From a bacterium (GTDB taxonomy: Bacteria > SAR324 > NAC60-12), in NCBI GenBank assembly GCA_965233585.1, contig CBDDTI010000555.1, positions 1 through 10,467 on the forward strand: a stretch of DNA of 10,467 nucleotides, in the 5' to 3' direction. Position numbers and translations under genes: made by a program. Below are positions 9,426-10,467 of the stretch, in pieces; position 1 is the first letter of the stretch, and each line of letters opens with the position of its first letter. The notes below the pieces were generated by a model. It made no database searches and was not told the origin of the DNA. It saw nothing but the letters and a program-made list of their open reading frames with translations.

Positions 9426-10258
9426 GCGACACTGAAACCCGTGCGGAAATAATTCAACCTCGTTCTTAATTTCGAATTCACAGAGAAACAGAACAAAGTT
9501 GACTGAACTTTCAATTCAACGACAAAATAACTCCCTAGTAAGCGTCAAAAATGATCTTAAACCATCAACCAAAGTACACTGAACTGGGCGAAAGGGATAA
9601 GTCAGTTCTTCTGCCTGCTTTTCTAACAGAGGAAACCGGCCAAGACGGAGGTGTCATCTTCCATTGATCATGTTCATGTCACGTCAGTCTGCACCTTTCG
9701 CTAATTTGCACTAATGAAAGCTTTCAATCTTTAGTGTGAGGAGAAAATCTCTTTGTCCTTGCCAATATTAATGTCCAAGTCCATGGGCTCGTAAACTCCA
9801 TTTAAAAAAGCCACAGGGCATAGTCCATGATAGCCTAGCCGCCAAGACCTTTATAACACGTCCAGCCGGAACATTTTGTTGTTTTTGTTGACCACTCAGA
9901 ACTGCATTTCCGCCCGTCTGCATGTGCCATTTTATTCCCGACAACTGAGTTGTGAAAATATATATCCCTCTTTGATTTATCCATCCAGAAATACCATTTC
10001 CCGTAAAAGACGCTTCCATCGACGTATTTGCTCGTGGACCGCCGTTTCTAAATTGCGTGATCACCTTAAGAATGTCATGATGCGGACGTAACAGGAAATG
10101 CACTCCCGCTGTTTCCGGCAACCCTAAAATAACTTTAGTGGAATTGACATATCCCAAGGCCTGGACTGGGAGCCTCCCTCTCTGTCCTCTCATTTTCTCT
10201 TGGTCAAACACAGCAGATTGCGCTTTGTATGTTGAATGGTAATATTGTACATCTGTCA

Positions 10259-10467
10259 TTAAAATATAGATAGGACCCTGCGCGCGCTCTGATTGGTCAA
10301 AAACCTATGTTTTATCAGAGTATAAAACATAGAAAAAGCGTGTTTTATTGTTTTGCGCGCGTAAAATCTATATTTTAAAGCAAATGAAGAAGCCTAAGCC
10401 GTGCATTACACTGTGATAAAACACTCCGGTCATTTGAGAACACTCGAGAAATGTAGAAAACACTCGC
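10259..10467. repeat. Palindrome-rich interspersed repeat running off the window (possibly Crypton-derived)
   Basis: Nested inverted repeats: TTAAAATATAGAT (10259-10271) / ATCTATATTTTAA (10366-10378) and CTATGTTTTAT (10305-10315) / ATAAAACATAG (10322-10332). Family assignment is from recollection of similar cnidarian repeats. Confidence 0.55.

Larger units (their letters stand above)
8176..10202. mobile_element. Non-autonomous P-element-like DNA transposon, 2027 bp
   Basis: TIR CAAGAGAACATGAGGGGACAGAGAGGGA vs CAAGAGAAAATGAGAGGACAGAGAGGGA (26/28). Inner inverted block TGGGATATGTC(G/A)ATTCCACTAAAGTTATTTT (8220-8250 / 10126-10156, 30/31). Perfect 7-bp TSD GTCAAAC (8169-8175 / 10203-10209). CA..TG ends with 7-8 bp TSD is the P superfamily pattern. 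Confidence 0.85.

Noticed and set aside
9768..10259. 163-aa minus-strand ORF
   Set aside because: Runs across the TSD and TIR of the P-like element into flanking DNA and has no recognisable domain; most likely a chance ORF.

Overview
This is eukaryotic, AT-rich, repeat-dense DNA with no intact protein-coding gene. The repeat styles resemble those I recall from cnidarian (stony coral) genomes, which is an inference. Most of the window resolves by eye into nested mobile-element relics with readable ends. In order: a TTAA-ended Kolobok-like end (1-990); two TGT..ACA non-autonomous elements (1178-2189, 2391-2981); a Penelope-like retroelement (GIY-YIG endonuclease, degenerate hammerhead ribozyme) with a 5' inversion (3667-4962), interrupted by a hAT-like MITE (4236-4808); a CCGTAAA-motif repeat split by a 2.6 kb GAG..CTC element (5114-7714) that carries a 5'-truncated RTE LINE (5513-5804); a 2 kb P-element-like insertion (8176-10202) containing a degenerate repeat array and a small MITE; and a palindrome-rich repeat at the right edge. 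I see no convincing new biological system. The most interesting signals are the twin-priming-like Penelope inversion, the same-orientation subterminal motifs shared by four unrelated DNA elements, and a recombinase-site-like 11-6-11 palindrome. All alignments were made by eye.
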